Assembly: GCA_046594225.1 (NCBI GenBank)
Contig: JBKJPW010000116.1
Location: 4,035 to 68,034, forward strand
From: Bacteroidia bacterium
Lineage (GTDB): Bacteria > Bacteroidota > Bacteroidia > B-17B0 > Aurantibacillaceae
Length of the DNA: 64,000 nt
Direction: 5' to 3'
Made by a program: the position numbers and the translations under genes. Positions 38,425 to 47,788 of the stretch are shown in pieces (the stretch's first letter is position 1; every line of letters starts with the position of its first letter). A model generated the notes under the pieces. The model saw only the letters and a list, made by a program, of their open reading frames with translations. It ran no database searches and was not told where the DNA came from.

Positions 38425-39294
38425 TTAAAAATATAAATCGTCGGTTTTTAATCTTAAATAGCGGCTCACAGATAAAGCAGCGCTTAAACCAGAAATTAAA
38501 ACGCCTAAAGCGACAATGCCACCAAACAATACTGCTAATAAATTAGGGTCTTGTAATTGCAACAAATCAGGAATATAACGCGTACTTAATACTAGGAAGC
38601 CTGCTAATAAAAACCCAGCAACTAATCCGGCAATAACTCCCTGACGAACACCTTTTAAAATAAATGGCATACGAATAAAGCCTTGAGTAGCTCCAACTAA
38701 ATACATGGTTCTAATTAAAAAACGTTTAGCGTAAATCGATAAACGAATGGTATTATTAATTAAAGCAATGGCTACTACTAATAACAAGCCGCTAAAAATT
38801 AAAATGTAAATACTAATTACTTTGGCATTATCATTTACTTGCTTAATCATGTCTTTATGATAAATCACTTCTTTCACAAAATGTTTTTGCATGATTTGTT
38901 TTTCAAAGCCTGCCAAGCTATCAATGTTAGCGTAATCAGAATTTAATTTAACATCTAATGATGACAGTAAAGGGTTATAGCCTAAGAATGTAATAAAATC
39001 TTCGCCTAAATCTTTTTGTAATTTTTTAGCTGCCTCATCTTTGCTAATATAAGCTACCTCTTTGGTAAAAGCTGATGAGCTAAGTTCTTGTTTTAAAATA
39101 TCTAATTCGGCGGTTGTCGTAGTATCTTTTAATACTACTTGAAAGCCTACATTTTCTTTAATATGGTTAGATAATTTTTTAGCATTGATAACCACCAATC
39201 CTAAAAGTCCAAGCATAAATAATACCAAAGCCAGACTAATGATAACGGTAACTGAAGATGTTTTTAATTTTTGGGTAGCAGTTCTATTCGACAC
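38425..39294 (-). CDS. ftsX: Cell division protein FtsX (ABC-permease-like)
   Basis: GTG start. An N-terminal TM helix, a periplasmic domain, then three C-terminal TM helices with the FtsX block IRLSIYAKRFLIRTM.LVGAT..FIR.PF...G. No ftsE is adjacent. Confidence 0.8.
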   Translation of the reverse strand: MSNRTATQKLKTSSVTVIISLALVLFMLGLLGLVVINAKKLSNHIKENVGFQVVLKDTTTTAELDILKQELSSSAFTKEVAYISKDEAAKKLQKDLGEDFITFLGYNPLLSSLDVKLNSDYANIDSLAGFEKQIMQKHFVKEVIYHKDMIKQVNDNAKVISIYILIFSGLLLVVAIALINNTIRLSIYAKRFLIRTMYLVGATQGFIRMPFILKGVRQGVIAGLVAGFLLAGFLVLSTRYIPDLLQLQDPNLLAVLFGGIVALGVLISGLSAALSVSRYLRLKTDDLYF

Positions 39295-39388
39295 GTTTAC
39301 TAGTTTTAATATCTACTAAAAATAAGCAGTATATGAAAAGCTAATACGTTTTTTAAAATGAATAATTAACAGAGGGTTGTTTGTTAGG

Positions 39389-40069
39389 TTAAAGCAATAA
39401 ATCAGGCCTTCTTAACTTAGTTCTTTCTATAGATTGCTCATGCCTCCACTCTTCTACTTTCTTAGTGTTTCCACTTGTTAAAAGTTCTGGCACTTTCCAT
39501 CCATTATAGTCAGCAGGACGAGTATAAACAGGAGGGGACAGTAAATTATCTTGGAACGAATCGGATAAAGCAGATGTTTCATCATTTAAAACTCCTGGAA
39601 TTAAACGAATAATGCCATCACACAAAACAGCTGCGGGTAACTCTCCTCCACTTAATACATAATCTCCAATCGAGATTTCTTTAGTAATAAAATGTTCTCT
39701 GATGCGCTCATCTATTCCTTTATAGTGCCCACAAAGCACAATTAAATTTTTTAAAGTCGATAAATGATTGCAGGTGGTTTGTTTCAATGTTTCTCCATCA
39801 GGAGTCATGTATATAATTTCGTCGTAAGTCCGTTTACTTTTTAAATCGTTAATACAATTGGCAATTGGTTCTATCATCATCACCATTCCTGCACCGCCAC
39901 CAAAAGCGTAATCATCCACTTTTTTATGAGGTTCAATACCATAGTCGCGTAAATCAATCACATTAACCGAAACCAAGCCTTTTTGAGCGGCTCGTTTTAA
40001 AATACTGTGACTAAATGGACTTTCCAATAAAGGCGGGTGAACCGTAATGATATCAATATGCATGCTCAA
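39389..40069 (-). CDS. trmD: tRNA (guanine37-N1)-methyltransferase
   Basis: [58 protein letters not shown]. Confidence 0.9.
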   Translation of the reverse strand: MSMHIDIITVHPPLLESPFSHSILKRAAQKGLVSVNVIDLRDYGIEPHKKVDDYAFGGGAGMVMMIEPIANCINDLKSKRTYDEIIYMTPDGETLKQTTCNHLSTLKNLIVLCGHYKGIDERIREHFITKEISIGDYVLSGGELPAAVLCDGIIRLIPGVLNDETSALSDSFQDNLLSPPVYTRPADYNGWKVPELLTSGNTKKVEEWRHEQSIERTKLRRPDLLL

Positions 40070-40118
40070 AATTAATAAAAAATTCAGGAAATATAGGGGT
40101 TTAATTATTTCATTAAAC

Positions 40119-40126
40119 TATATTTG
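40119..40126 (+). promoter_or_regulatory. Bacteroidota-type -7 box (TATATTTG)
   Basis: Exact TAnnTTTG match 22 nt upstream of the ATG at 40149. Confidence 0.35.
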
Positions 40127-40148
40127 TTAGACAAAAATTTAAATTTTA

Positions 40149-40946
40149 ATGAAAACTATTTTATTAGCCATTGCCTTACTAATTGGATTAAATTCTTTTT
40201 CTCAAAAAAAAGAAAAAAAAATAGATCCAGCTTTAAAGTACATCTATAAAGAAGCAACTTTAGAAACTGACGATTACAACGTTTACATCATTGATGCGGT
40301 TGCTGTAGGAAAACAAGTGAAATTTAAAATCAAAATTTTTAATAAAACCAACGACTACTTATTAATAAAACCAGGTGAAATTAATTACGTGGTAGATGGC
40401 AAAACCGTATTTTGTAGAGATAAAAACTTTGTTGTTCAACCAAATGAAGAAGAAACTGAGGTGCTTGACTTTAGAGGTACAGATATGCAGGCAGATAAAT
40501 TTACTCTTGAGTTAAAGGGTATTTACAAGGCTTCTGCTGGTGGACAAGTAACTAAAGTTCCAAATTTTGATTTACCTCCAAATAAAAATGAATTCACGGA
40601 AGGAAACTTTACCTGCACCTTAAAAAAGAATGAATCTGTAACTGCTAAAGCCTACGGTAAATTTGAGTGCCTATATACTGGTGATGGTATTGGCATTATG
40701 AGTCCAAATAAATGCGTTGCTATTATGCCAAATGGAGTTGAGAATCCAAATGTAAAAAAGAACAAAACCATGATTTTAGAAAAAGGCAAAAAGGACGATT
40801 TTACAGCGGTATTTAATGAAGTAGCTGGTGCAGGAGATCTTCAAAAATCAAACATTTCTATTAAATGGAATGAAACTTTTAGAGAATCTAAACTACAAAA
40901 ATTAAACGTATCTAAAGTTGAGTTGATTAAGAATACTACCAAATAA
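40149..40946 (+). CDS. Hypothetical secreted protein
   Basis: Signal peptide MKTILLAIALLIGLNSFSQ. Beta-rich composition. I recognise no family. Confidence 0.5.
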   Translation: MKTILLAIALLIGLNSFSQKKEKKIDPALKYIYKEATLETDDYNVYIIDAVAVGKQVKFKIKIFNKTNDYLLIKPGEINYVVDGKTVFCRDKNFVVQPNEEETEVLDFRGTDMQADKFTLELKGIYKASAGGQVTKVPNFDLPPNKNEFTEGNFTCTLKKNESVTAKAYGKFECLYTGDGIGIMSPNKCVAIMPNGVENPNVKKNKTMILEKGKKDDFTAVFNEVAGAGDLQKSNISIKWNETFRESKLQKLNVSKVELIKNTTK

Positions 40947-40948
40947 TT

Positions 40949-41821
40949 TTACTTCTTCTCCAATCTTCCCCAAACCCCAAGTGGTAATTGCACACCGCTT
41001 TTAGCATTTAAATACAACTCTCCAATACTTAAATTGGATTTATGTTTGGTTGCGAATGGTTCTAATAAATTTTGCGGCACTAATGCTGAAAAGCCTAATG
41101 AGTAGGCATTTAGGATTAAGAGGTGTTGTTTAGGGTCTACAATCTGTAATACACTATCAATCATTTCTAAAATATTATCTTCTAATTTCCATTTCTCTCC
41201 GTTTGGTCCATGTCCAAAAGCTGGTGGATCTAAAATAATACCTTGGTACAAATTTCCTCTACGCTGTTCTTTTTTTACAAATTTTAAAGCGTCGTCAATC
41301 ATCCAACGGATATTATCCAAATTAGATTTTTGCATATTTTCATTGGCCCAATTCACCACTTGTTTAATACTATCAACATGTGTTACATCAGCACCTGCAG
41401 CTCTGGCGGCAATACTTGCGCCACCTGTATAAGCAAATAAATTTAAAAATTTAGGTTTTTCTAATCCTGATAAAAAATCAAATATAATATCCCAGTTACA
41501 TGCTTGCTCTGGAAAAACACCAACGTGCTTAAATGACGTTAAACCCAAACGCAAGGTAATTTCTTTATTTCCTAAAGGATAGGAAATTGTCCATTGATCA
41601 GGCATTTTTTTTAATGCTTTCCATTCGCCACTTGAGCTACTTTTAGGAACAAATTTCACATGAGCTTGCTTTTCCCACTCTGCTTCCGAATACTTTTTTC
41701 TCCACACAGCTTGCGGTTCAGGGCGAATGGTAATGTATTTGCCAAAACGTTCTAATTTTTCAAAATCGCCACAATCTATTAATTCATAGTCTTGCCAGTG
41801 GGTAGGAGTTAGTAATTGCAT
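40949..41821 (-). CDS. Class I SAM-dependent methyltransferase (COG1092/RlmI-like catalytic domain without PUA)
   Basis: LNLFAYTGGASIAAARAGADVTHVDS (motif I), IILDPPAFG (motif IV, DPP). Confidence 0.7.
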   Translation of the reverse strand: MQLLTPTHWQDYELIDCGDFEKLERFGKYITIRPEPQAVWRKKYSEAEWEKQAHVKFVPKSSSSGEWKALKKMPDQWTISYPLGNKEITLRLGLTSFKHVGVFPEQACNWDIIFDFLSGLEKPKFLNLFAYTGGASIAARAAGADVTHVDSIKQVVNWANENMQKSNLDNIRWMIDDALKFVKKEQRRGNLYQGIILDPPAFGHGPNGEKWKLEDNILEMIDSVLQIVDPKQHLLILNAYSLGFSALVPQNLLEPFATKHKSNLSIGELYLNAKSGVQLPLGVWGRLEKK

Positions 41822-41829
41822 TTTGTGAA

Positions 41830-41861
41830 ATTACGAATTGCGAATTACGAATTACGAATTA
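41830..41861. repeat. Heptanucleotide tandem repeat (ATTACGA/ATTGCGA) x4.5
   Basis: attacga attgcga attacga attacga atta. It starts 9 nt upstream of the minus-strand ATG at 41821, inside the divergent intergenic region. Confidence 0.8.
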
Positions 41862-41963
41862 TGGAAATAAGTAGTAAAAAGAAGTTTGTTAATAAAAGGG
41901 TTTAGCAACAAGAAGTCCGCTGAACAAAAAACTCTAATTTAGATACATATCAAACTATTTTAT

Positions 41964-43391
41964 ATGCAAACAAATCGTTCAGCTTTTATTACATTAATTT
42001 CAGTCTTTTTCTTTTGGGGCTTTGTAGCCGCCAGTAACGATATTTTAATTCCTGTATTTAAAGAAAAATTACATTTAGAACAATGGCAAAGTCAAATGAT
42101 ATCCTTTGCATTTTATGTAGCATATACGGTTGGATCTATTATTTATGTATTGATTTCAAAATTAAATGGTGGCGATATTTTAAATAGACTTGGTTATAAG
42201 AATGGTATAGCGCTTGGCTTGTTAATTTCAGCTTGTGGTACTTTGTTGTTTTACCCAGCAGCAGAGCTAGTATCTTTTCCTTTAATGATCACTGGGTTAT
42301 TTGTAGTAGCACTTGGATTTTCATTACAACAAACAGCTGCTAACCCCTTAGCTATTGTGATGGGCGATCCAGCAAAAGGCTCACAACGATTAAGTTTAGC
42401 TGGTGGTATCAATAATATTGGAACAACTATTGGCCCACTAATTGTTGGCTTTGCTATCTTTGGGTCGGTAAGTAATCATGGCTCATTAAGCGATTTATCT
42501 GCCGTAAAATTTCCATACCTAATTTTAGGTTTAGCGTTTTTAATTGTAGCCATAATTTTTAAATTTTCTTCTTTACCAAATAAAATTGAACCTCAAGAGG
42601 TAAATAACGAAGACTCTTCTTCCGAAACAAAAAGTGTCTTCCGTTTTCCTCAATTGTGGATGGGTATGATTGCCATTTTTGTATACGTAGGTGTTGAAGT
42701 ATCTACTGCCTCTAATTTACCAGACTACATGAAACAACATATTGGTATACAAACAGAAGATGCTGCTCCATACATTTCGTTATTTTGGGCAAGTTTAATG
42801 ATAGGAAGATGGACAAGTTCAGTTGGCGCATTTGATATATCAAAAAATACAAAAATGATATTACGTTTCGTTATTCCTTATGTTGCTTTTGGTGTATTTT
42901 TACTAGCAAATGTTATTGCCGGACATGACTTAACTCCTTTTTATCCATATTCATTTGTTATCTTATTAATGATTGCTGCAGATATGTTGAGTAAAGGAAA
43001 TCCAGCACGGCAGTTATTAATATACTCTGCTTGTGGGATAGCCGCTTTAATTACTGGAATTTTAAGTAATGGTCTAGTAAGTTTGTATGCATTTATTAGT
43101 GTTGGTTTGTTTTGTTCAACCTTATGGCCTTGCATTTATACATTAGCAATTTCAGGCTTGGGCAAGCAAACAAATCAAGGTTCCAGTTATTTAATTATGA
43201 TGATTATGGGCGGAGGGTTTATAAGTTTATTACAGGGTTGGTTGGCTGGACCAGAAATTATTGGAATTACTTTAAGCTATATTGTTGGCATTGCATGTTT
43301 TTTATATCTTGGTTTTTACGGCTACAAGTCCAAACAAATATTAAAGGAACAAGGAATCGATTTCGATACAACTATCACAACAGGACACTAA
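41964..43391 (+). CDS. MFS sugar transporter, FHS family (FucP/GluP-like sugar:H+ symporter)
   Basis: FITLISVFFFWGFVAASNDILIPVFK is the typical FHS N-terminus. About 12 TM helices. Confidence 0.8.
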   Translation: MQTNRSAFITLISVFFFWGFVAASNDILIPVFKEKLHLEQWQSQMISFAFYVAYTVGSIIYVLISKLNGGDILNRLGYKNGIALGLLISACGTLLFYPAAELVSFPLMITGLFVVALGFSLQQTAANPLAIVMGDPAKGSQRLSLAGGINNIGTTIGPLIVGFAIFGSVSNHGSLSDLSAVKFPYLILGLAFLIVAIIFKFSSLPNKIEPQEVNNEDSSSETKSVFRFPQLWMGMIAIFVYVGVEVSTASNLPDYMKQHIGIQTEDAAPYISLFWASLMIGRWTSSVGAFDISKNTKMILRFVIPYVAFGVFLLANVIAGHDLTPFYPYSFVILLMIAADMLSKGNPARQLLIYSACGIAALITGILSNGLVSLYAFISVGLFCSTLWPCIYTLAISGLGKQTNQGSSYLIMMIMGGGFISLLQGWLAGPEIIGITLSYIVGIACFLYLGFYGYKSKQILKEQGIDFDTTITTGH

Positions 43392-43407
43392 AATAAAAAT
43401 TAAAAAA

Positions 43408-43860
43408 ATGAAAGTAACACTTAACGTTAAATTAGTAAACTCAAAATTTAGTCAGGCTTATGCTGATAAAGATAACGAAGGAGAAGAAACAGAAGACAAT
43501 ATCAAATATTTGTGGGAAGACGAATTTGATGTTCAAGGAAATGTGAAAGAATTTAAAGTCGTAAACAATGCTACTTATTTATTGAAAGGCTTATATCCGA
43601 ATGATGATGAATTTTGTTTTGAAATTCCAGATATGATGATTGTGGAATGTATTATGGAAGATGGTTCGGTAACACAATTGCCTTTTTCTAAAAAAGCAGT
43701 GAGTAAAACTGATAAAGTAGAGGAACATGATCGATTTTTATTTAATGTCTATTTAAAAAGTGTAAGACAGGTTGTTAACCCTATGCCAGGCGTTTATATT
43801 TTAGCAGATGATTTTCCGAAAGAATTAGCTGAACTTGTGAATACTGATGAAGAAGAATAA
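43408..43860 (+). CDS. Small acidic cytoplasmic protein of unknown function
   Basis: 150 aa with no signal peptide or TM helix. Strongly acidic (DKDNEGEETEDN, C-terminal NTDEEE). Its 3' end overlaps the GH20 start by 14 nt. Confidence 0.5.
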   Translation: MKVTLNVKLVNSKFSQAYADKDNEGEETEDNIKYLWEDEFDVQGNVKEFKVVNNATYLLKGLYPNDDEFCFEIPDMMIVECIMEDGSVTQLPFSKKAVSKTDKVEEHDRFLFNVYLKSVRQVVNPMPGVYILADDFPKELAELVNTDEEE

Positions 43861-46126
43861 GCTATTATTCATACTATTTTTCGTTTTTTCGTTGAGAATT
43901 ATTTCTCAAGAAGAAAAATCTACATTAGCAATTATTCCATTTCCTAAAGAATGTAAACAAGTTCCTGGTAATTTTATTCTTTCAACTTCTACCAAAATTG
44001 TAGCGCCTTCGTTATTCGCTCAAAATGAAATTGATTGGTTTAATGAGTATTTAAAAAACTATTACGGCTTTACGCTTCAACAGGTTATAAAGGTGCCAAA
44101 TGATGGCAACTATATTCAATTTACAATCCCAGATTGGGAAGCTGGCTATACCGAAAACTATCATTTAAATATTACTGAAAAACATATTTCAATTTTAGCA
44201 GAAGGTAAGGGCGCAGGAAATTTTTATGCCTTGCAAACGCTTATACAATTACTTCCAATTAAAAAAGATAAACCTATTTCAATACCATGTGTTGAAATAA
44301 AAGATGCACCTCGTTTTGAATGGAGAGGAATGCACCTAGATGTATGTCGTCATTTTTTTTCAGTGAGTTTTATTAAAAAGTATATCGATTTAATAGCGAT
44401 GTACAAGATGAATACCTTTCATTGGCATTTAACCGAAGACCAAGGTTGGAGAATTGAAATAAAAAAATATCCAAAATTAACTCAAGTTGGCGCTTGGAGA
44501 AAAGGTACTATGGTTGGCAAATACAGCGATCAAAAGTTTGACAGCGTCCCTTATGGCGGTTTTTATACACAAGAAGAAATAAAAGAAGTAGTTGCATATG
44601 CTGCAAAAAGACATGTAACTATTGTTCCTGAAATTGAAATGCCCGGGCATTCGGTAGCCGCTATTGCATCTTATCCTTGGTTATCCTGCACTGGAAAACA
44701 AATAGATGTAGAAAGAGGTTGGGGCGTTTTTGAAGATGTGTATTGCACTAAAGATTCTACTTTTCAATTCTTACAAGATGTATTAGATGAAGTCATTTCA
44801 TTATTCCCCGGAAAATACATTCATATCGGTGGAGATGAATCTCCAAAAACAAGATGGAAAGTTTGTTCTACGTGTCAAGCAAAAATTAAAGCGGAACATT
44901 TAAAAGATGAACATGAATTACAAAGCTATTTTATCAAACGTATCGAAAAATATGTGAATTCAAAAGGCAAACAAATTATTGGTTGGGATGAAATACTAGA
45001 AGGCGGATTAGCTCCAAATGCTGCCGTGATGAGTTGGCAAGGGACTGAAGGGGGTATAGCTGCTGCCAAACAAAAACACAAAGTGGTGATGACTCCTGGC
45101 TCGCATTGTTATTTTGATCATTATCAATCATCACCAACAGACGAACCATTAGCTATTGGTGGCTATACGCCTTTAGAAAAAGTATATGCTTATGAGCCAA
45201 TTCCTGATGGATTAAATGCGGAAGAACAAACCTATATTATGGGTGCTCAGGCAAATGTTTGGACAGAATATATTTTAAATGAAAAGCAAGTGGAATATAT
45301 GGCTGTTCCGCGCATGGCAGCATTAGCAGAAGTATTATGGACTCCTAAAGAAGTAAAAAACGAAACTGATTTTTTAACTCGTTTACAACAACATTTCTAT
45401 TTACTAAATGCATACAATATCAATTACGCAAAAGCATTATATAAAGTGGAACAAAAAATTATTCCATCATCAAAACCAAATACACTTATCTTAGAATTAA
45501 ATGCTAATGCTTCTTTAGGAAACATTCGTTATACAACAGACGGAACAATACCAACCCAAACCTCATTAACATATCAATCGCCACTAAACTTAGATAAAGA
45601 TATTACTATTACTAGTGTACTTTTTAAAGATGAACAATTAAAAGGAAAAATATCAACTCGTTATTATGAAATCAATAAAGCAACAAACAAGCCCATCACT
45701 CTAAAAATTGAACCAAACAAATCTTATAGCTATGGTGGTGGTTTTACATTAGTGGATGGCGTTGCGGCAAAATTACCAAGAGTTAATAACGAATGGCTAG
45801 GTTGGAGTGGTAAAGATATAGAAGCAACTATTAATTTAGAAAACGCTCAAGAAATTTCTCATATACAAATTGGATTTTTAAATGAAGAACTAAGTTGGAT
45901 TTATCTTCCGTCATCCATTGAATTTTTTATATCCAACGATAATAAAACATTTAAATCTATTGGAATAACTACCGTAAAGGATAATCGATCAGCTATCTTA
46001 GATTTTAAAACAATAAAAACAACCTACATAAAAATTGTAGCTAAAAGTTTTGGCAAAATACCAAGCGGAAAACCAGGCGCTGGTGAAGACTCTTGGTTGT
46101 TTTGCGATGAAATTCAAATAAAATAA
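43847..46126 (+). CDS. Beta-N-acetylhexosaminidase (GH20) with C-terminal chitobiase-C-like and discoidin (F5/8 type C) modules
   Basis: Signal peptide. R.EWRG.HLD..RHF, HWHLTEDQGWR, PEIEMPGH, HIGGDE (catalytic D-E), SWQG. The tail has IRYTTDGTIPT followed by a discoidin-like end ...WLFCDEIQIK. Confidence 0.9.
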   Translation: MKKNKLLFILFFVFSLRIISQEEKSTLAIIPFPKECKQVPGNFILSTSTKIVAPSLFAQNEIDWFNEYLKNYYGFTLQQVIKVPNDGNYIQFTIPDWEAGYTENYHLNITEKHISILAEGKGAGNFYALQTLIQLLPIKKDKPISIPCVEIKDAPRFEWRGMHLDVCRHFFSVSFIKKYIDLIAMYKMNTFHWHLTEDQGWRIEIKKYPKLTQVGAWRKGTMVGKYSDQKFDSVPYGGFYTQEEIKEVVAYAAKRHVTIVPEIEMPGHSVAAIASYPWLSCTGKQIDVERGWGVFEDVYCTKDSTFQFLQDVLDEVISLFPGKYIHIGGDESPKTRWKVCSTCQAKIKAEHLKDEHELQSYFIKRIEKYVNSKGKQIIGWDEILEGGLAPNAAVMSWQGTEGGIAAAKQKHKVVMTPGSHCYFDHYQSSPTDEPLAIGGYTPLEKVYAYEPIPDGLNAEEQTYIMGAQANVWTEYILNEKQVEYMAVPRMAALAEVLWTPKEVKNETDFLTRLQQHFYLLNAYNINYAKALYKVEQKIIPSSKPNTLILELNANASLGNIRYTTDGTIPTQTSLTYQSPLNLDKDITITSVLFKDEQLKGKISTRYYEINKATNKPITLKIEPNKSYSYGGGFTLVDGVAAKLPRVNNEWLGWSGKDIEATINLENAQEISHIQIGFLNEELSWIYLPSSIEFFISNDNKTFKSIGITTVKDNRSAILDFKTIKTTYIKIVAKSFGKIPSGKPGAGEDSWLFCDEIQIK

Positions 46127-46128
46127 AC

Positions 46129-47121
46129 ATGAACACCAACAGACGACAATTTTTAAAACTCTCTGCTTTTGCAACTTCATTGTTTGCATTCAATAAAAGC
46201 AAAGCAACAGAATTAGTAGAAAACGTTTCTAAAAATTCTACAAAACCAATTGTTATTTCTACATGGCGTTTTGGTGTAGAAGCCAATGCTGAAGCTTGGA
46301 CAATTTTATCAAAAAATGGAAGAGCATTAGATGCTGTAGAAGCTGGCGTGAAAATTCCGGAGGCAGATCCTAAAGAACGTAGTGTTGGTTATGGCGGAAG
46401 ACCAGACCGAGATGGTCGCGTAACGTTAGACGCCTGTATTATGGATGACTTTTCTAATATTGGTTCTGTAGGTTGCTTAGAACATATTGTTCATCCCATT
46501 TCTGTTGCAAGAGCTGTGATGGAAAAGACACCACATACTATGTTAGTTGGAGAAGGCGCTTTAGACTTTGCATTAGCACAAGGATTTAAAAAAGAAAATT
46601 TATTAGTAAAAGATTCAGAAGACGAATGGAAGGAATGGTTGAAAACGGCTGAATACAAACCAAAAGCAAATATCGAAAATCATGATACCATTGGCATGGT
46701 GGCATTAGATATGAACGGAAATTTATCAGGCGCTTGCACAACCAGCGGCATGGCTTTTAAAATGCACGGACGAATTGGCGACTCTCCAATTATTGGCGCC
46801 GGATTATTTGTAGATAATGAAGTTGGCGCAGCAACTGCTACAGGCCACGGTGAAGAAGTAATGCGTATTGTAGGAAGTCATACAGTTGTTGAATTAATGC
46901 GTCAAGGCTTTGCTCCAGAAGAAGCTTGCAAAAAAGCAGTAGAAAGAATTATAACTATTGCCAAAAGAAAAAACAAACCCTTAGATGACTTGCAAATTGG
47001 ATTTATAGCTATCAACAAAAAAGGTGAACATGGTGCTTATTGTTTACAAAAAGGATTTAACTACGCGGTGTATTCTCCTGAAATCAATAACCAATTAATT
47101 GATGCTAAACACATCCTCTAA
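46129..47121 (+). CDS. N4-(beta-N-acetylglucosaminyl)-L-asparaginase (glycosylasparaginase, Ntn hydrolase)
   Basis: Tat-like signal NRRQFLKLSAFA. GYGG.PD..G...LDA.IMD, HDTIGMVALD (autoprocessing and nucleophile Thr), GDSPIIGAG. Confidence 0.85.
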   Translation: MNTNRRQFLKLSAFATSLFAFNKSKATELVENVSKNSTKPIVISTWRFGVEANAEAWTILSKNGRALDAVEAGVKIPEADPKERSVGYGGRPDRDGRVTLDACIMDDFSNIGSVGCLEHIVHPISVARAVMEKTPHTMLVGEGALDFALAQGFKKENLLVKDSEDEWKEWLKTAEYKPKANIENHDTIGMVALDMNGNLSGACTTSGMAFKMHGRIGDSPIIGAGLFVDNEVGAATATGHGEEVMRIVGSHTVVELMRQGFAPEEACKKAVERIITIAKRKNKPLDDLQIGFIAINKKGEHGAYCLQKGFNYAVYSPEINNQLIDAKHIL

Positions 47122-47788
47122 ATATATTTTAGAAATAGCGTGTTTCAATTTAGAATCATGCGTTTTGGCTCAGAAAGCTGGTGCCGATAGAGTTGAGTTT
47201 TGTGATGATTATAAATTAGGGGGAATAACGCCAAAGCAAAATGATATTTTAGAAGCGCGAAAATTAGTACAAATTCCTTTACATGTTATTATTCGTCCAC
47301 GTGGTGGGAATTTTGTGCACAGTACTGAAGAAATAGAACTAATGAAACGAGATGTATTGTTTTGTAAAGAACATAAAGTTGATGGCGTAGTCTTAGGCAT
47401 TTTAAATTCTGACAATAGCATTAATATAAATGCAAATAAACAATTAGTTGAACTTGCAAAGCCAATGTCTGTAACGTTTCACAGAGCCATTGATGAGTGT
47501 AAGAATATAGAAATTGCTTTTCAAGAAATTATAAAATTGGGGTTTAATAAAGTGCTAACATCCGGACGAAAACAAAATGCTTTAGAGGGAATTAGTGTAT
47601 TAAAATTATTGCAAGTAGAATTCGGAAATCAAATTACAATTATCCCGGGTGGCGGCATCAGGAATTCAAATATTAAACAATTAGTAAAAGAAACACAATG
47701 TAAAGAGTTTCATTCAGCTGCTCTTAACGGTAATAGTGAAGTTGCAGATATTGAAGAAATAAAACATTTAAAAGAAAAGTTGTTTTGA
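47102..47788 (+). CDS. cutC: CutC-family TIM-barrel protein (annotated copper homeostasis protein; true role unclear)
   Basis: LEIACFNLESCVLAQKAGADRVEFC, GG.TP, H.IIRPRGG.F.Y, G.V.G.L, TFHRA.D, ILTSG, I.PGGG. No signal peptide. ATG at 47102 (the TTG at 47099 is also in frame). Its stop overlaps the next gene's start. Confidence 0.85.
   Translation: MLNTSSKYILEIACFNLESCVLAQKAGADRVEFCDDYKLGGITPKQNDILEARKLVQIPLHVIIRPRGGNFVHSTEEIELMKRDVLFCKEHKVDGVVLGILNSDNSININANKQLVELAKPMSVTFHRAIDECKNIEIAFQEIIKLGFNKVLTSGRKQNALEGISVLKLLQVEFGNQITIIPGGGIRNSNIKQLVKETQCKEFHSAALNGNSEVADIEEIKHLKEKLF

Noticed and set aside
41830-41861. The heptamer array as a possible CRISPR or other spaced repeat
   Set aside because: The units are contiguous 7-mers with no spacers, and no cas genes are present. 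It is a simple microsatellite.
43112-43396. Track ORF 43112-43396 (+, 94 aa)
   Set aside because: It is an out-of-frame overlap within the 3' end of the MFS transporter gene. It has no independent support.
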